64,000 nucleotides of DNA from an uncultured delta proteobacterium (GCA_963775425.1 CAVZJB010000016.1:64001-128000); one strand, 5' to 3'. Shown: positions 1 through 14,278, counted from the stretch's first letter. Program-made: numbers and translations. Notes: generated by a model not told the origin, from the sequence alone.

Positions 1-47
1 GGGCGCGGCTCCGTCACAGTGCACGAGCGAAAAGAAGTGACGCGCTC

Positions 48-1454
48 ATGAACAACGTCGTCTGCATCGGCGCGCAGTGGGGTGACGAGGGCAAAGGTCG
101 CATCGTGGACCGGCTCTCCGAGCGCTGCGACGTCGTCGTGCGCTTCCACGGCGGCAACAACGCGGGCCACACCGTGGTGGTCAACGGCGTCACCACCGTG
201 CTCCACCTCGTGCCGTCCGGCGTCCTGCACCCCGGGAAGCTCTGCGTCATCGGCAGCGGCTGCGTCGTCGATCCCGAAGTGCTCATCCAGGAGCTCGAGA
301 TGCTCGCCGCGCGCGGCGTGCTCCCGCCGCTTGCGCCCGTGCCGGCCACGGGGGTCCCTGCCGCGGCGGTGGCGGCGCCGCCGAAGGGCACCGGCCAAGA
401 CGGCGGAGACGTCGGCGGCGGCCGCCGCCTGGTCATCTCCGATCAGGCCCACGTCATCCTCCCGTTCCACAAGCGCATCGACAAAGCGCGCGAGGCCGCG
501 CGCGGTCGCGGCAAGATCGGCACCACCGGCCGCGGCATCGGCCCCGCGTACGAGGACAAGGCCGCGCGGCGCGGGATGCGCGTCCACGACCTCGTCGACC
601 CTGTGAAGGTGGCGCAGCACATCCGCGACGGCGCCATGTTCGCCTCGTCGATGCTCGAGGCGCTCGACGGCGAGCCCTACAAGGGCTCCGAGATCGAGGA
701 GATGATCGCGCGCACGCGCGCCCAGGGTCAGCAGCTCAAGCCGTTCGTCGACGACGCCGGCGACGTCGTCGCCAAGGCCGCGGCGCGCGGCTCCCGCGTG
801 CTCTTCGAGGGCGCGCAGGGCACCTTGCTGGACCTCGACCACGGCACCTATCCGTATGTGACGTCGTCCAACTGTCTCGCCGCCCACGCCGCCGTCGGCA
901 CCGGGGTCGGGCCGCAGGTGCTCGGACGCGTGCTCGCCGTCGCCAAGGCGTACACCACGCGCGTCGGCGAGGGCCCGTTCCCCACGGAGATGGACGAGGA
1001 GACCGGCCACAAGATGCGCAAGCTCGGCAACGAGTTCGGCGCCACCACCGGCCGCCCGCGCCGCTGCGGTTGGCTCGACCTCGTCGCCCTCAAGTACGCC
1101 GTGCGGCTCAACGGCGTCACCGACCTCGCCGTCACCAAGCTCGACGTGCTCGTCGGGTTCGGCGACCTCCAGGTGTGCACCGCCTACGAGCTCGACGGCG
1201 AGCGCATCGAGCGCTTCCCCCACGACGCCGACGTGCTCGCCCGCGCCAAGCCGGTCTACGAGACCTTCCCCGGCTTCGGCGATCAGCCGCTCGTGAAGCC
1301 GGGGGCGCCGGCGCCCAAGACGCTCGACGAGCTGCCGCAGAACGTGAGGAGCTACGTCCACATGATCGCGGATCGCCTCGGCGTCCGCTTGAGCATCGTC
1401 GGTGTCGGCCCTGGGCGCGGGCAGGAGCTCTTCCTCGAGGATCCGCTCGGATGA
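48..1454 (+). CDS. purA: Adenylosuccinate synthetase
   Basis: Motifs GAQWGDEGKG, GGNNAGHT, IGTTGRGIGPAYEDK, FEGAQG, GTYPYVTSSN and EFGATTGRPRRCGWLD. Carries a Pro/Ala/Gly-rich insertion near aa 92-126. Confidence 0.98.
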   Translation: MNNVVCIGAQWGDEGKGRIVDRLSERCDVVVRFHGGNNAGHTVVVNGVTTVLHLVPSGVLHPGKLCVIGSGCVVDPEVLIQELEMLAARGVLPPLAPVPATGVPAAAVAAPPKGTGQDGGDVGGGRRLVISDQAHVILPFHKRIDKAREAARGRGKIGTTGRGIGPAYEDKAARRGMRVHDLVDPVKVAQHIRDGAMFASSMLEALDGEPYKGSEIEEMIARTRAQGQQLKPFVDDAGDVVAKAAARGSRVLFEGAQGTLLDLDHGTYPYVTSSNCLAAHAAVGTGVGPQVLGRVLAVAKAYTTRVGEGPFPTEMDEETGHKMRKLGNEFGATTGRPRRCGWLDLVALKYAVRLNGVTDLAVTKLDVLVGFGDLQVCTAYELDGERIERFPHDADVLARAKPVYETFPGFGDQPLVKPGAPAPKTLDELPQNVRSYVHMIADRLGVRLSIVGVGPGRGQELFLEDPLG

Positions 1455-2821
1455 CGCAGGCGACGCCGAGCGAGGTTCGGCGTGTCACCCCGGGTGGGGA
1501 ACGGCTGGATCGAGAGGCGCAGAAGCGTCGTGAGCTCACCTCGAGCGCGCTCGAGCGCACCCGCGCCGTCGTCGACGAGGTGCTCGGGCGCGCCGGCCGC
1601 GACGGCGAGCGCATGGTCTGCTACGCGCGCATCGCGCTCGCCGGGGTCATCGCGCTCCTCTGGCCGGTGGCCACGTGGGACGAGCTGCAGGCCGGGGTGC
1701 CGTCGGACTTCGCCGTCATCGGCCTGGCGCTGGCGGCGCTCGTGTTCTCGGGGTGGATGCTGCTGCGGCTGCGCCGAGGCACCGTCTCGAGCGGCGTCCG
1801 CACGCTCTCGATCTTCGCCGACGCCGCCATCGTCCTCGGGCTGCTGGCGAGCTTCGTGGCGCTGCCGCCGCCGGGCTATCTCGGCATCGGCCGCATCTCG
1901 GGCATCGGCGCCGCGTACTTCGCCATCCTCGCCGCCGGCATCCGGCTGTCCAAGCGCGGCGCCGTGCTCGCGGCCATCATCTTCACCGCCGGCATCGCCG
2001 CCCTCATGATGACCGACGTGATGCGAAACGGCGTGCACGACACGCTCGGCAACGTCGTCACCATCGGCGCCCTCGTGGTGACCGCCGGCGTCTTTTCGTG
2101 GCTCATCGCCACGCGGACGCACGCCTTGGTGCTCGAAGGCGCCGCGCAGACGCTGCTCGCGGAGCGGGCGCGGGCGCGCCTGGGCTCCTACGTCTCGGAG
2201 GAGGTGGCGGAGCACGCGCTCGAGGCGGACAGCATGCGCCTGGGCGGCGTGCGGCAGGACGTCGCCATCCTGTTCTCCGACCTGCGCAGCTTCACGTCGA
2301 CGTCCGAGAAGATGGACCCCGAAGATCTCGTGCGCGAGCTCAACGAATACTTCGAGCTGATGGTGGCGGCGGTGACGGTGGAGCGCGGCGTCGTCGACAA
2401 ATACATCGGCGATTCGATCATGGCCGTGTTCGGCGCGCCGGTGAAGCGCGACGACGACGCCGCGCGGGCCGTGCGCGCGGCGTTCGGCATGGAGCGGGCG
2501 CTGGAGACGCTGAACGCGTCGCGTGAAAAGCGCGGGCTGCAGCCGCTGCGTCACGGCATCGGCGTGCACTACGGCACGGCCGTGGCGGGGAACATCGGGA
2601 CCGCAGCGCGCGCGCAGTACACGGTCATCGGCGACACGGTGAACGTCGCCGCGCGGCTCGAGAGCTGCACGAAGGACGTCGGCGTCTCGGTGCTGGTCTC
2701 GCAGGCCGTCGTCGACAAGCTCGCAGGCGTCGAGGGCCTCCCCGCGCTGCAGCCCATGGGCGACGTCAAGGCCAAGGGCCGCGAAGAGAAGATCGCGGTG
2801 CACACGTTCTCTGCGGGGTGA
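1451..2821 (+). CDS. Membrane-bound class III adenylate cyclase
   Basis: ATG at 1451 overlaps the purA stop (ATGA). About 6 hydrophobic helices, then ILFSDLRSFT, VDKYIGDSIMAVFG and YTVIGDTVNVAARLE. The Lys and Thr specificity residues indicate ATP as substrate. Confidence 0.92.
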   Translation: MTQATPSEVRRVTPGGERLDREAQKRRELTSSALERTRAVVDEVLGRAGRDGERMVCYARIALAGVIALLWPVATWDELQAGVPSDFAVIGLALAALVFSGWMLLRLRRGTVSSGVRTLSIFADAAIVLGLLASFVALPPPGYLGIGRISGIGAAYFAILAAGIRLSKRGAVLAAIIFTAGIAALMMTDVMRNGVHDTLGNVVTIGALVVTAGVFSWLIATRTHALVLEGAAQTLLAERARARLGSYVSEEVAEHALEADSMRLGGVRQDVAILFSDLRSFTSTSEKMDPEDLVRELNEYFELMVAAVTVERGVVDKYIGDSIMAVFGAPVKRDDDAARAVRAAFGMERALETLNASREKRGLQPLRHGIGVHYGTAVAGNIGTAARAQYTVIGDTVNVAARLESCTKDVGVSVLVSQAVVDKLAGVEGLPALQPMGDVKAKGREEKIAVHTFSAG

Positions 2822-2883
2822 CGGCGGGCTCAGCGGGGTGACGACGCGCGGTGACGACGGGCCCGTACGACGAGGGCGCGCGC

Positions 2884-3786
2884 TCACGCGAGCTCGAGGG
2901 GACGGGCGAGGCGGTAGCCGAGCCCCTTTCTGGACTCGATGACGTCGAGAGACGGGTTCCCCGCGGCCAGCTTGCCGCGCACCTTGCGGACCAGGCCGCG
3001 CAGGTTGGCGTGCGTCGGCGCCTCCGACTTGAACGAGAGGGTCTCGAGGAGCAGCGCGGCAGGGACGAAGCCGCGCACCGCCGCGTCGAGCGCGCCCTCG
3101 TCGTCGAAGCGGCGGGCGAGCACGCACAGCAGCTCGTACTCGAGCTCAGAGAGTTGCACGCGCTCGTCGCCCCACAGCGCCATGGCGCCACCCTCCGTCA
3201 CCGCGCACACCTTCAGCGGCCGACCGTCGTCGAAGCGCATGTCGCGCCGCGTGTCCATCGGCGGCTCGCGGGCCTGCGCCCGCAGCGCCTCGGCCACGGC
3301 GTCGACGTCGTCGTCGTCGACGGGAACGAACAGGAACGACACGCGCCGGCCGAAGGAGATCCGGTCCAGGGGCTCCAGCGGAAAGCGCCGGCTGACGGGC
3401 TCCCCGTTCACGAATGTGCCGTTTTCGCTCTGCGCGTCCGCCACGAACCACGCGTTCGAGCGCGGACGGTGCTCGAATAGCGCGTGCGCCAACGACACCG
3501 TCCGCTCCGCGATGCACAGGTCCGACGCCCGCGACCTGCCGACGGTCGCCGACTCGTACCCCACGACGGCGACCGCGTGCCCGGCGCCGAAGGCGTCGAC
3601 GAGCACCGCGTTGCGCGCGCCCGCCACGGGCTCGGCCGCGCGCGCCGCGATCTGCTCGGGGCACAGCTCGACGTCTCCCGCGCCGTCGCCGCCCTCGGTG
3701 GTCACGCGGGCGTCGCGCGCGCACGTCGAGCAGAGCAGACCGCGCTCGCGAGGGTGCGTTCGACAGGCGAGACACAGCGCGTCCAT
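2884..3786 (-). CDS. FHA domain / OmpR-type winged-helix transcriptional regulator with N-terminal CxxC-CxxC motif
   Basis: FHA signature (VGRS...VSLAHA...SENGTFVNG), C-terminal wHTH (LSELEYELL...IESRKGLGYRL), N-terminal CLAC...CSTC. Start taken at ATG 3786. Confidence 0.85.
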   Translation of the reverse strand: MDALCLACRTHPRERGLLCSTCARDARVTTEGGDGAGDVELCPEQIAARAAEPVAGARNAVLVDAFGAGHAVAVVGYESATVGRSRASDLCIAERTVSLAHALFEHRPRSNAWFVADAQSENGTFVNGEPVSRRFPLEPLDRISFGRRVSFLFVPVDDDDVDAVAEALRAQAREPPMDTRRDMRFDDGRPLKVCAVTEGGAMALWGDERVQLSELEYELLCVLARRFDDEGALDAAVRGFVPAALLLETLSFKSEAPTHANLRGLVRKVRGKLAAGNPSLDVIESRKGLGYRLARPLELA

Positions 3787-3932
3787 CCTTCGAGGATAGC
3801 GGTCACGTCGTGTGAGCGGGCGCACGCGCGCACGCTCAGCGCACGCAGCGCCATCCCTCGGGTGCTCTCTCGCCGCGAGGGCGGCGCGTACGGTCTCCTC
3901 ATCGCCGGCGACGCGCCGGCAGGAGGTGGCGG

Positions 3933-4685
3933 ATGCTCGTCTATGCGTGGGCCTTGAGCGACATCGGCAGGAAGCGGGGGGACAACCAGGACGCGTTCCT
4001 CATCGCGCACGAGCTGAAGCTCTTCGCCGTCGCCGACGGCATGGGGGGACACAAGGGCGGCGCGGTGGCGTCCGACCTCGCCGTGCGTACCCTCGAGGAG
4101 AACGTGCGCCAAAGCGGGGGCGACGCCGCCACCCGCCTCGCTCGCTCCGTGCAGGCCGCCAACCGCCGCATCCACGAGCTCGCGCAGAGGGACCCCGAGC
4201 TCGACAACATGGGCACCACCACGTCGAGCCTCTTGTTCACCGGCGACCGCGCCGTCATCGCGCACGTCGGCGACAGCCGCGTCTACCTCGTGCGCGGCCG
4301 GCGCATCGTGCAGCTCACGGACAATCACTCCTTCGTCTTTCAGCAGCTCAAGGCCGGGCTCATCACCGAGGAGCAGGCGCAGCGGAGCCCCTATCGGAAC
4401 ATCATCATGCGTGGCGTCGGCATCGCCGCCGACGTCGAGGTCGACATCGTGAGCGTCGAGGTCTGCTCCGCGGACACCTTCGTCATCTGCTCCGACGGCC
4501 TGTCGAGCCTGGTCCGTGACGAGGAGATCCGACAGGCCGTCGACGACAACTTCCTGCACCGCGTCCCCGAGGTCCTCGTGGACCTGGCCAACGAACGCGG
4601 TGGAAACGACAACATCACCGTCGTCGTCGCCTACGCGGTGGACGAGGCCGAGATGGCGCTTGCCGCCGCCGCGTCGGGAGGCTAG
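3933..4685 (+). CDS. PP2C/Stp1-family Ser/Thr protein phosphatase
   Basis: Motifs SDIGRKRGDNQD, VADGMGGH, MGTT, HVGDSR, CSDGL and GGNDNIT. GGAGG RBS upstream. Confidence 0.95.
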   Translation: MLVYAWALSDIGRKRGDNQDAFLIAHELKLFAVADGMGGHKGGAVASDLAVRTLEENVRQSGGDAATRLARSVQAANRRIHELAQRDPELDNMGTTTSSLLFTGDRAVIAHVGDSRVYLVRGRRIVQLTDNHSFVFQQLKAGLITEEQAQRSPYRNIIMRGVGIAADVEVDIVSVEVCSADTFVICSDGLSSLVRDEEIRQAVDDNFLHRVPEVLVDLANERGGNDNITVVVAYAVDEAEMALAAAASGG

Positions 4686-4726
4686 GGTCACGGTTGACAA
4701 GAATGTCAAACTCACCGGAGGCCGCC

Positions 4727-5887
4727 GTGACTCTCGCAGACCGTGACGCCGTGATCGTCGATGCCGTTCGCACCGCCCGCGGCAAGAAGAAGGGGGGCGC
4801 GTTCGTGGACGTGCACCCGCAGGAGCTGCTGGCGCAGACCCTCCAAAAGGCGGTGGAGAAGAACAAGCTCGACCCCACCCTCATCGACGACGTCATCATG
4901 GGCTGCGTGACCCAGGTGGGCGAGCAGGGCCTCAACGTCGGCCGCGGCGCGGCGCTCGCCGCCGGGCTGCCCATCGAGGTCCCCGGCGTCACCCTCAACC
5001 GCTTCTGCGGCTCCGGCCAGCAGGCCGTGCACTTCGCGGCGCAGGCCGTGATGTCGGGCGTCAACGACGTCGTCCTCGCCGGCGGCATCGAGTCCATGTC
5101 GCGCGTGGCCATGGGCAGCGACGCCGTGGGCAACAGCGAGAGGAACACCGAGGGCCCCAACAGCAAGATGCTCGTGGAGCGCTTCCCCGGCCTCGTGCCC
5201 CAGGGCCTGTCCGCGGAGATGGTGGCCAAGAAATACGGCCTCTCCCGCGCCGACTGCGACGCCTTCGCCCTCGAGAGCCAGAAGCGCGCCGGCGCGGCCA
5301 TCGAGCAGGGCCGGTTCAAAAACGAGATCGTCGTCGTCAACGGCCTCGAGCGCGACGAGCACGCGCGCCCGAACACCACGCTCGAGGGCCTCGCGGCCCT
5401 GAGCCCGCCGTTCCAGGAAGACGGCGTGGTCACCGCGGGCAACGCCTCCGGCATCGTCGACGGCGCGTCCTGCGTCCTCGTGATGTCGGCCAAGAAGGCC
5501 AAGGAGCTCGGGATGAAGCCCCGCGCCCGCATCCGCTCGATGGCCGTCGTCGGCAGCGAGCCCGAGATCATGCTCACGGGCCCGATGCCCGCCACCCGCA
5601 AGGCCGTGCAGCGCGCGGGGCTCTCCCTCGGCGACGTCAGCCTCTTCGAGGTCAACGAGGCGTTCGCGTCGGTGCCGCTCGCGTTCATGCAAGAGCTCGA
5701 GATCCCGCACGACAAGGTCAACGTGAACGGCGGCGCCATCGCCCTCGGCCACCCCCTCGGGGCCACCGGCGGGATGCTGTTCGCCACGCTCATCAACGAG
5801 CTCGAGCGACGCAACCAGACGTTCGGCGTCGTGACGATGTGCATCGGCTATGGCATGGGCACCGCCACGGTCGTCGAGCGCATCTGA
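4727..5887 (+). CDS. Thiolase (acetyl-CoA C-acyltransferase)
   Basis: NRFCGSG (catalytic Cys), NEAFA, NGGAIALGHPLGATG, MCIGYGMG. GTG start chosen because a GGAGG lies just upstream; alternative ATG at 4703. Confidence 0.95.
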   Translation: MTLADRDAVIVDAVRTARGKKKGGAFVDVHPQELLAQTLQKAVEKNKLDPTLIDDVIMGCVTQVGEQGLNVGRGAALAAGLPIEVPGVTLNRFCGSGQQAVHFAAQAVMSGVNDVVLAGGIESMSRVAMGSDAVGNSERNTEGPNSKMLVERFPGLVPQGLSAEMVAKKYGLSRADCDAFALESQKRAGAAIEQGRFKNEIVVVNGLERDEHARPNTTLEGLAALSPPFQEDGVVTAGNASGIVDGASCVLVMSAKKAKELGMKPRARIRSMAVVGSEPEIMLTGPMPATRKAVQRAGLSLGDVSLFEVNEAFASVPLAFMQELEIPHDKVNVNGGAIALGHPLGATGGMLFATLINELERRNQTFGVVTMCIGYGMGTATVVERI

Positions 5888-5933
5888 CCCCGCCGACATC
5901 GCGCGGGGCCCGGGCGTACGGTAGAGTCGCGGC

Positions 5934-6611
5934 GTGAGCCTCGCCGCTGCCGGCCTGTTGTGTGCGCTCGCGTCGCTGGCGCAGGCCCCCCCGTCGTCGT
6001 CGTCGTCGGTGGCGGCGCCGTCGTCGTCGCCGGCTGCGGACGGGAGCGCCGCCTCCTTCGTCGACCGCGTCGTCGCCAAGAAGCTCCTCGACGACGGCCG
6101 CTCCGGGGAGGCCAAGGCCGTGCTCCCGGGCATCAAGGCCCCGGGCAAGGCCGAGGCCCCCGCCGACGCCGCGGCCGAAGCGGCGAAGGAGCTCGGCAAG
6201 GCCGAGGCGCTCCTGAAAAAGAAGGACGCCAAAGGCGCGCTGGTCGCCTTCCGCCGGGCGCTCGCCAAGGCGCCGAAGACCGCGGCCCCGCTGTGGGGCA
6301 TCTCCCGGGCCGCCGACGCCGCGGGCGACAAGGCCACCGGCAAGCGCTTCGCGCAGTTGTGCGTGCGAAGCACCGCCAAGGACCGCAGCGCCGGGATGCT
6401 CTCGTCGTGTCGGTGGCGCGCGGAGCAGCCCGACGACCTGCCGCCGGGGCCGCCGGCGTCCGGGCCGGGCGCGCCGGGGCAGGGCACGACGGGCGCCTTC
6501 GCGGCCGGCCTCCCCACGGGCGCCCTCCCGCTCAACGGGCCCCCGAACGGCCCCCCGAACGGCGCGGGGGGCAACGCCCCCTCGACCCCGCCGCCGTCGA
6601 CGCCGTATTGA
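5934..6611 (+). CDS. Secreted TPR-like hypothetical protein with Pro/Gly-rich tail
   Basis: Signal-peptide-like N-terminus and a TPR-like helix pair (ALVAFRRALAKAP). Codon usage fits the host. Confidence 0.6.
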   Translation: MSLAAAGLLCALASLAQAPPSSSSSVAAPSSSPAADGSAASFVDRVVAKKLLDDGRSGEAKAVLPGIKAPGKAEAPADAAAEAAKELGKAEALLKKKDAKGALVAFRRALAKAPKTAAPLWGISRAADAAGDKATGKRFAQLCVRSTAKDRSAGMLSSCRWRAEQPDDLPPGPPASGPGAPGQGTTGAFAAGLPTGALPLNGPPNGPPNGAGGNAPSTPPPSTPY

Positions 6612-6618
6612 GGATCCC

Positions 6619-6921
6619 ATGCCGCGCGTCGACGACCTCGAAGGCATTGCGAAGAAGTCCAAGAAGCCGCTGCCGTGGTACGGCCTGGCCATGGAGTACC
6701 GCTCCCTCGGCAGGCTCGACGACGCCGTGGCCACCTTCGCGAGGGTGCACGAGCTCGACGCGGGCTACGTGCCCGCGTACTTCATGTGCGCCCAGGTCCA
6801 CGCCGAGCGCGGCGCCGTCGACGACGCCAGGACCGAGCTCGATCGCGGCATGGACGCGGCGCGGGCCGCCGGCGACGAGCACGCCCTCGGGGAGATGCAG
6901 GCCATGCGGGAGACCCTGTGA
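6619..6921 (+). CDS. Small TPR protein
   Basis: WYGLAMEYRSLGRLDDAVATF...YVPAYFMCAQ...GDEHALGEM pattern. GAGGA RBS. Confidence 0.75.
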   Translation: MPRVDDLEGIAKKSKKPLPWYGLAMEYRSLGRLDDAVATFARVHELDAGYVPAYFMCAQVHAERGAVDDARTELDRGMDAARAAGDEHALGEMQAMRETL

Positions 6922-7385
6922 CGCGTCGCCGCCTCGCCCTCGTGGCCGCGCTCGCGTGCGCCGTGGCCGCCGGCGCCGGCTGCGGCCCCGCCTGCCGCGG
7001 CATCGACGTCAAGACCATCGATCTGCAGTGCTCCGCGTCGTCCACGTTCGACGGCGAGATCCACTTCGACGACGCGGCCACCTACGCGAGCTTTCTCCTC
7101 GACGACTGCCTGCCCGAAGACACCGATCAGCAGCGGCAGGCGCTCGTCGACGCCGTCGACTTCACAACGGACGCGGTGTTCGTCTCGAGCGGCTTGCGCC
7201 AACAAACGGCGCGCTGCATCGCGGACCGCAAGCAGGACGGCGTCGACGTCTGCGACGACGGCCTCCGCGTCGCCTTCGCCGACACCCTCAGCGACGCCGA
7301 CCCCTGCGGCGGCCGCTGGACGGTGGCGTTCTCGCTGCCGCGCTCCGAGCTGCGCGCGGCGCTCGACACGCCCATCGGCCAGTGA
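6918..7385 (+). CDS. Putative lipoprotein, hypothetical
   Basis: GTG overlaps the previous stop. Basic N-terminus, hydrophobic core and lipobox-like GAGC. Confidence 0.6.
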   Translation: MTRRRLALVAALACAVAAGAGCGPACRGIDVKTIDLQCSASSTFDGEIHFDDAATYASFLLDDCLPEDTDQQRQALVDAVDFTTDAVFVSSGLRQQTARCIADRKQDGVDVCDDGLRVAFADTLSDADPCGGRWTVAFSLPRSELRAALDTPIGQ

Positions 7386-7386
7386 G

Positions 7387-7725
7387 TCAAGTGCTGGTGG
7401 GCACCGAGGTGCCGAAGCAGTCGAGCACCTGCGGCTGACACACCGCCGGATCGGTGCTCGCACGCGTGACGTCGTCGACGCAGTGGGCGCTGTCGACGGT
7501 GACGGCGGGGTTCTCCTGACAGCCGAGCGCGCAGTCCTCGAGGTCCGTGCGCTCGCCGCTCTCGATGCGCTTGCCGTCGAGGTCGTCGTTGGGCCGGAAC
7601 GTCACCTCGCACGCGAGCGTGTGCTGGCAGAGGTTGTCGCAGCTCACCTCGCCGCCGCAGCCGGCGAGCGCCGCCGCGGCGATGCAGGCGGCGGAGGCCA
7701 CGACGAGGCGCGCGGGCGACGGCAT
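7387..7725 (-). CDS. Small Cys-rich lipoprotein
   Basis: Lipobox LAGC followed by C-x3-C-x5-C and C-x3-C motifs typical of small myxobacterial lipoproteins. Confidence 0.65.
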   Translation of the reverse strand: MPSPARLVVASAACIAAAALAGCGGEVSCDNLCQHTLACEVTFRPNDDLDGKRIESGERTDLEDCALGCQENPAVTVDSAHCVDDVTRASTDPAVCQPQVLDCFGTSVPTST

Positions 7726-7773
7726 GGCGCCAAAGTACCGCGCGCGCTCGCCGCGTCATAGGATCGTTCGCGG

Positions 7774-8637
7774 ATGCTCGCGCTGGCGCTCCTTGCCCTC
7801 GTCGCCGCCGACGACCCCGGCTTCGGCGGCGCCCAAACCGACGACGCGGCGGAGGCGCCCGCCGAGGCCCTCCCCGACGACGGCGGCTGCGTCATCAAGG
7901 GCGACGACGGCGTCTGGCGAAGCTGCGATGAAGCGCTCGCGTTGAAGGCCGCGGCCAAGGAGGCCAAAGCCCCCGCCGACGCCGGACCGCTGCGGGACAT
8001 GAGCCCCGAGGCGCAGGCGCTGCGCGCGCGCATGAAGGCGGCCGAGGAAGCGGCGCAGGCGCCGCCGCCGCCGCCGAAGACCAAGCTCGAGATAGCGCTC
8101 GACAAGGCGCACCTCGACCCGGCGACGATGCCGCTCCTCGCTTTGCGCGTGGAGCTGGCGCGGGCGCAAGAGGGGCTCGACGCGCTCGTGGACAAGGGGG
8201 CCGGGGGCGACGCCCGAGAGGCCGCGGAGAAGAAGCTCGCGAGCATCACGGCCATCGACGACGACGTCGAGCGCATCGCGCTCCACCGCATGGACGTGTG
8301 CGCGCAGCGGCGCGGCAACAAGCCGCTCGTGAAGAACTATCGGATGACGGCGGGGGGCCCCGTGCTGCTCACGGTGGCGGAGATGATGGCGCGCCTGCCG
8401 CTCGTCGACCCCGCGGGGTGCGAGCGCATCATCCTCATCGACGACAAGGTGGTCGAGCGCGTGAAGCGCGTGCACGCCTTGCGCGAGGAGCTCGCCACGC
8501 GCGACTTCGGTTGGACGGAGATCGACGAGCGCAAGGCCCTCGAAAGAGAGCTCGCCGCGCTCGAGGCCGAGCTCGCCAAGGACGCGACGCCCGCGCTGTC
8601 GGCGCCGGGCGTGAAGGATCCGTACGGCCGGCGCTGA
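7774..8637 (+). CDS. Secreted hypothetical protein (coiled-coil)
   Basis: Signal peptide MLALALLALVAA, helical and charged body, host-like codon usage. Confidence 0.65.
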   Translation: MLALALLALVAADDPGFGGAQTDDAAEAPAEALPDDGGCVIKGDDGVWRSCDEALALKAAAKEAKAPADAGPLRDMSPEAQALRARMKAAEEAAQAPPPPPKTKLEIALDKAHLDPATMPLLALRVELARAQEGLDALVDKGAGGDAREAAEKKLASITAIDDDVERIALHRMDVCAQRRGNKPLVKNYRMTAGGPVLLTVAEMMARLPLVDPAGCERIILIDDKVVERVKRVHALREELATRDFGWTEIDERKALERELAALEAELAKDATPALSAPGVKDPYGRR

Positions 8638-8672
8638 CGTCGTCGTCGCGGTGGCGTGCCGACGGCGTACGG

Positions 8673-11092
<2,420 letters not shown>

Positions 11093-11096
<4 letters not shown>

Positions 11097-12448
11097 TTCG
11101 GGTGGGACTTCAACCACTCGCGCACCTTGAAGTCGCCGTCGGCGCCGCCGAGGTCGAGGTACCGCTGCAGGTGGTAGCGCACCTTCTGCACCTCGTCCTC
11201 CCGGTTGAAGATGCGCGCGAGGGTGCGGTGCGGCTCGGGGTTGCCCGGGTCGAGCGTGAGGGACTCGGTGAGCTTCTGCTTGGCCGTGGCGAGGTGGTTG
11301 TCGCGGTAGAGCTGCTGGCCCTCCGCGGCCAGCACCCGCGCGCGACGCAGCCGCGCCGCCCGCGCCCCCGCCGCCTCCTGCCGCGCGAGGTCCCCGTCGC
11401 GCTTCTTCAACGCCGCGTCGACCTTGTCCTTGAGCGCGGCGCACGGCGCGCACCCCGGGGAGAGCTGCAGCGCGTCGGCGAGCTTCTTCTGTGCGGCGTC
11501 GAGCTCGCCCGCGCCGAGGAGCTGCGCGGCGGCCTTCGCCATGTCGACGGCGATCTCCGCCGGCGTCGGCGGTGGCGGCGGCGGCGGCGGCTTTTTGTGA
11601 AGCGGCTGCAGGAAGGGCAAACCGCCGCTCGGCACCTCGACCACCTCCTTGTACGGCTCGTAGTCGATCAGCGTCAGCTCCACGACGTGCGACCCGGTGC
11701 GCAGGCGCTTTTGCACCGGCGACGTCCCGAGGGTCTTCCCGTCGACGACGACCGTGGCGCCCGGGGGGACCGTCGTCACCGTGAGCACCGCCGTGGCCCG
11801 CGCCACGAACGCGATGCCGCCGACGAGCGCCACCACGCCGAACATCACGAGGAACGCGGCCTGGGTCGCGGACAGCGAACGCTTGGCTTTCTTTTGGGCG
11901 ACCTGCGTCCCCGCGCGCGTCCCCGCGTGGGTCTGCCGCGTCATGGAGGTGCGCGAGCCCTCGGCGAGGGCGCTGCGCTCCGCCCTCGACATCCGCGAGC
12001 GCGAGCGGCTGGCGCGCGACATCTCGCGGTCGGTGAGCTCCTCGTTCACCCGGCGGTCGGCGGGGTAGCGGCCGTCTTCCTCCTCGTCGCCGCCCTCCTC
12101 GGCCTCCTCCGCGATGCGGCTCGGGTCCTTCCGGCGCCGCCGGCCGCTGCGCTGCATGGTGCCCGTGGCCTCGCCGTCCTCCTCGAGGGGCTCCTCGGGC
12201 GGCGGGGTCTTGTCTTCGTCGTCGTCGCCGTCCTCGGCCCGCTTGGCGGCCTTCTTGGCCTCACGCTGGGCCTCGATGGCTTCGAGGTCGATCATCGACG
12301 TGCGGTCCGCGGGGGACGCCGGCACCGGCTCCTGGAGCAGCGGGTTGCCCGACAGCTCCGCGGGCAGATCCACCAGCTCCTCGCCGTCTTTGGGGCACGT
12401 CACGACGTCGTCGGCGTACCGCTCCTGGCAATCGGGGCAAATCTTCAT
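11093..12448 (-). CDS. Membrane protein: N-terminal zinc ribbon, disordered linker, TM helix, PEGA domain, TPR
   Basis: MKICPDC...TCPKDG; single TM (AFLVMFGVVALVGGIAFV); PEGA (LTVTTVPPGATVVVDGKTLGTSPV); C-terminal TPRs. Only the last 451 codons of the long ORF are real. Confidence 0.85.
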
Positions 12449-12478
12449 TCCCCGCAAGCATATCGGTAATCTCACGCG

Positions 12479-14263
<1,785 letters not shown>

Positions 14264-14278
14264 CGCGCGGGCGCGTGC

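Noticed and set aside
1070-1450. N-terminal extensions in the ORF track (cyclase from 1070, recG from 11453, atpE from 60940, yggS from 16239 and others)
   Set aside because: They overlap neighbouring real genes. Internal starts with 4-nt overlaps or RBSs fit better.
2813-2859. Three short GCGG(GG)TGACG(A/G)CG direct repeats between convergent genes
   Set aside because: Too short and irregular, with no spacers of CRISPR size and no cas genes. Likely chance or slippage in GC-rich DNA.
12460-12467. ACCGATAT on the minus strand as a second sigma28 -10 box
   Set aside because: Two mismatches to GCCGATAA, no -35, and only about 12 nt from the start codon.
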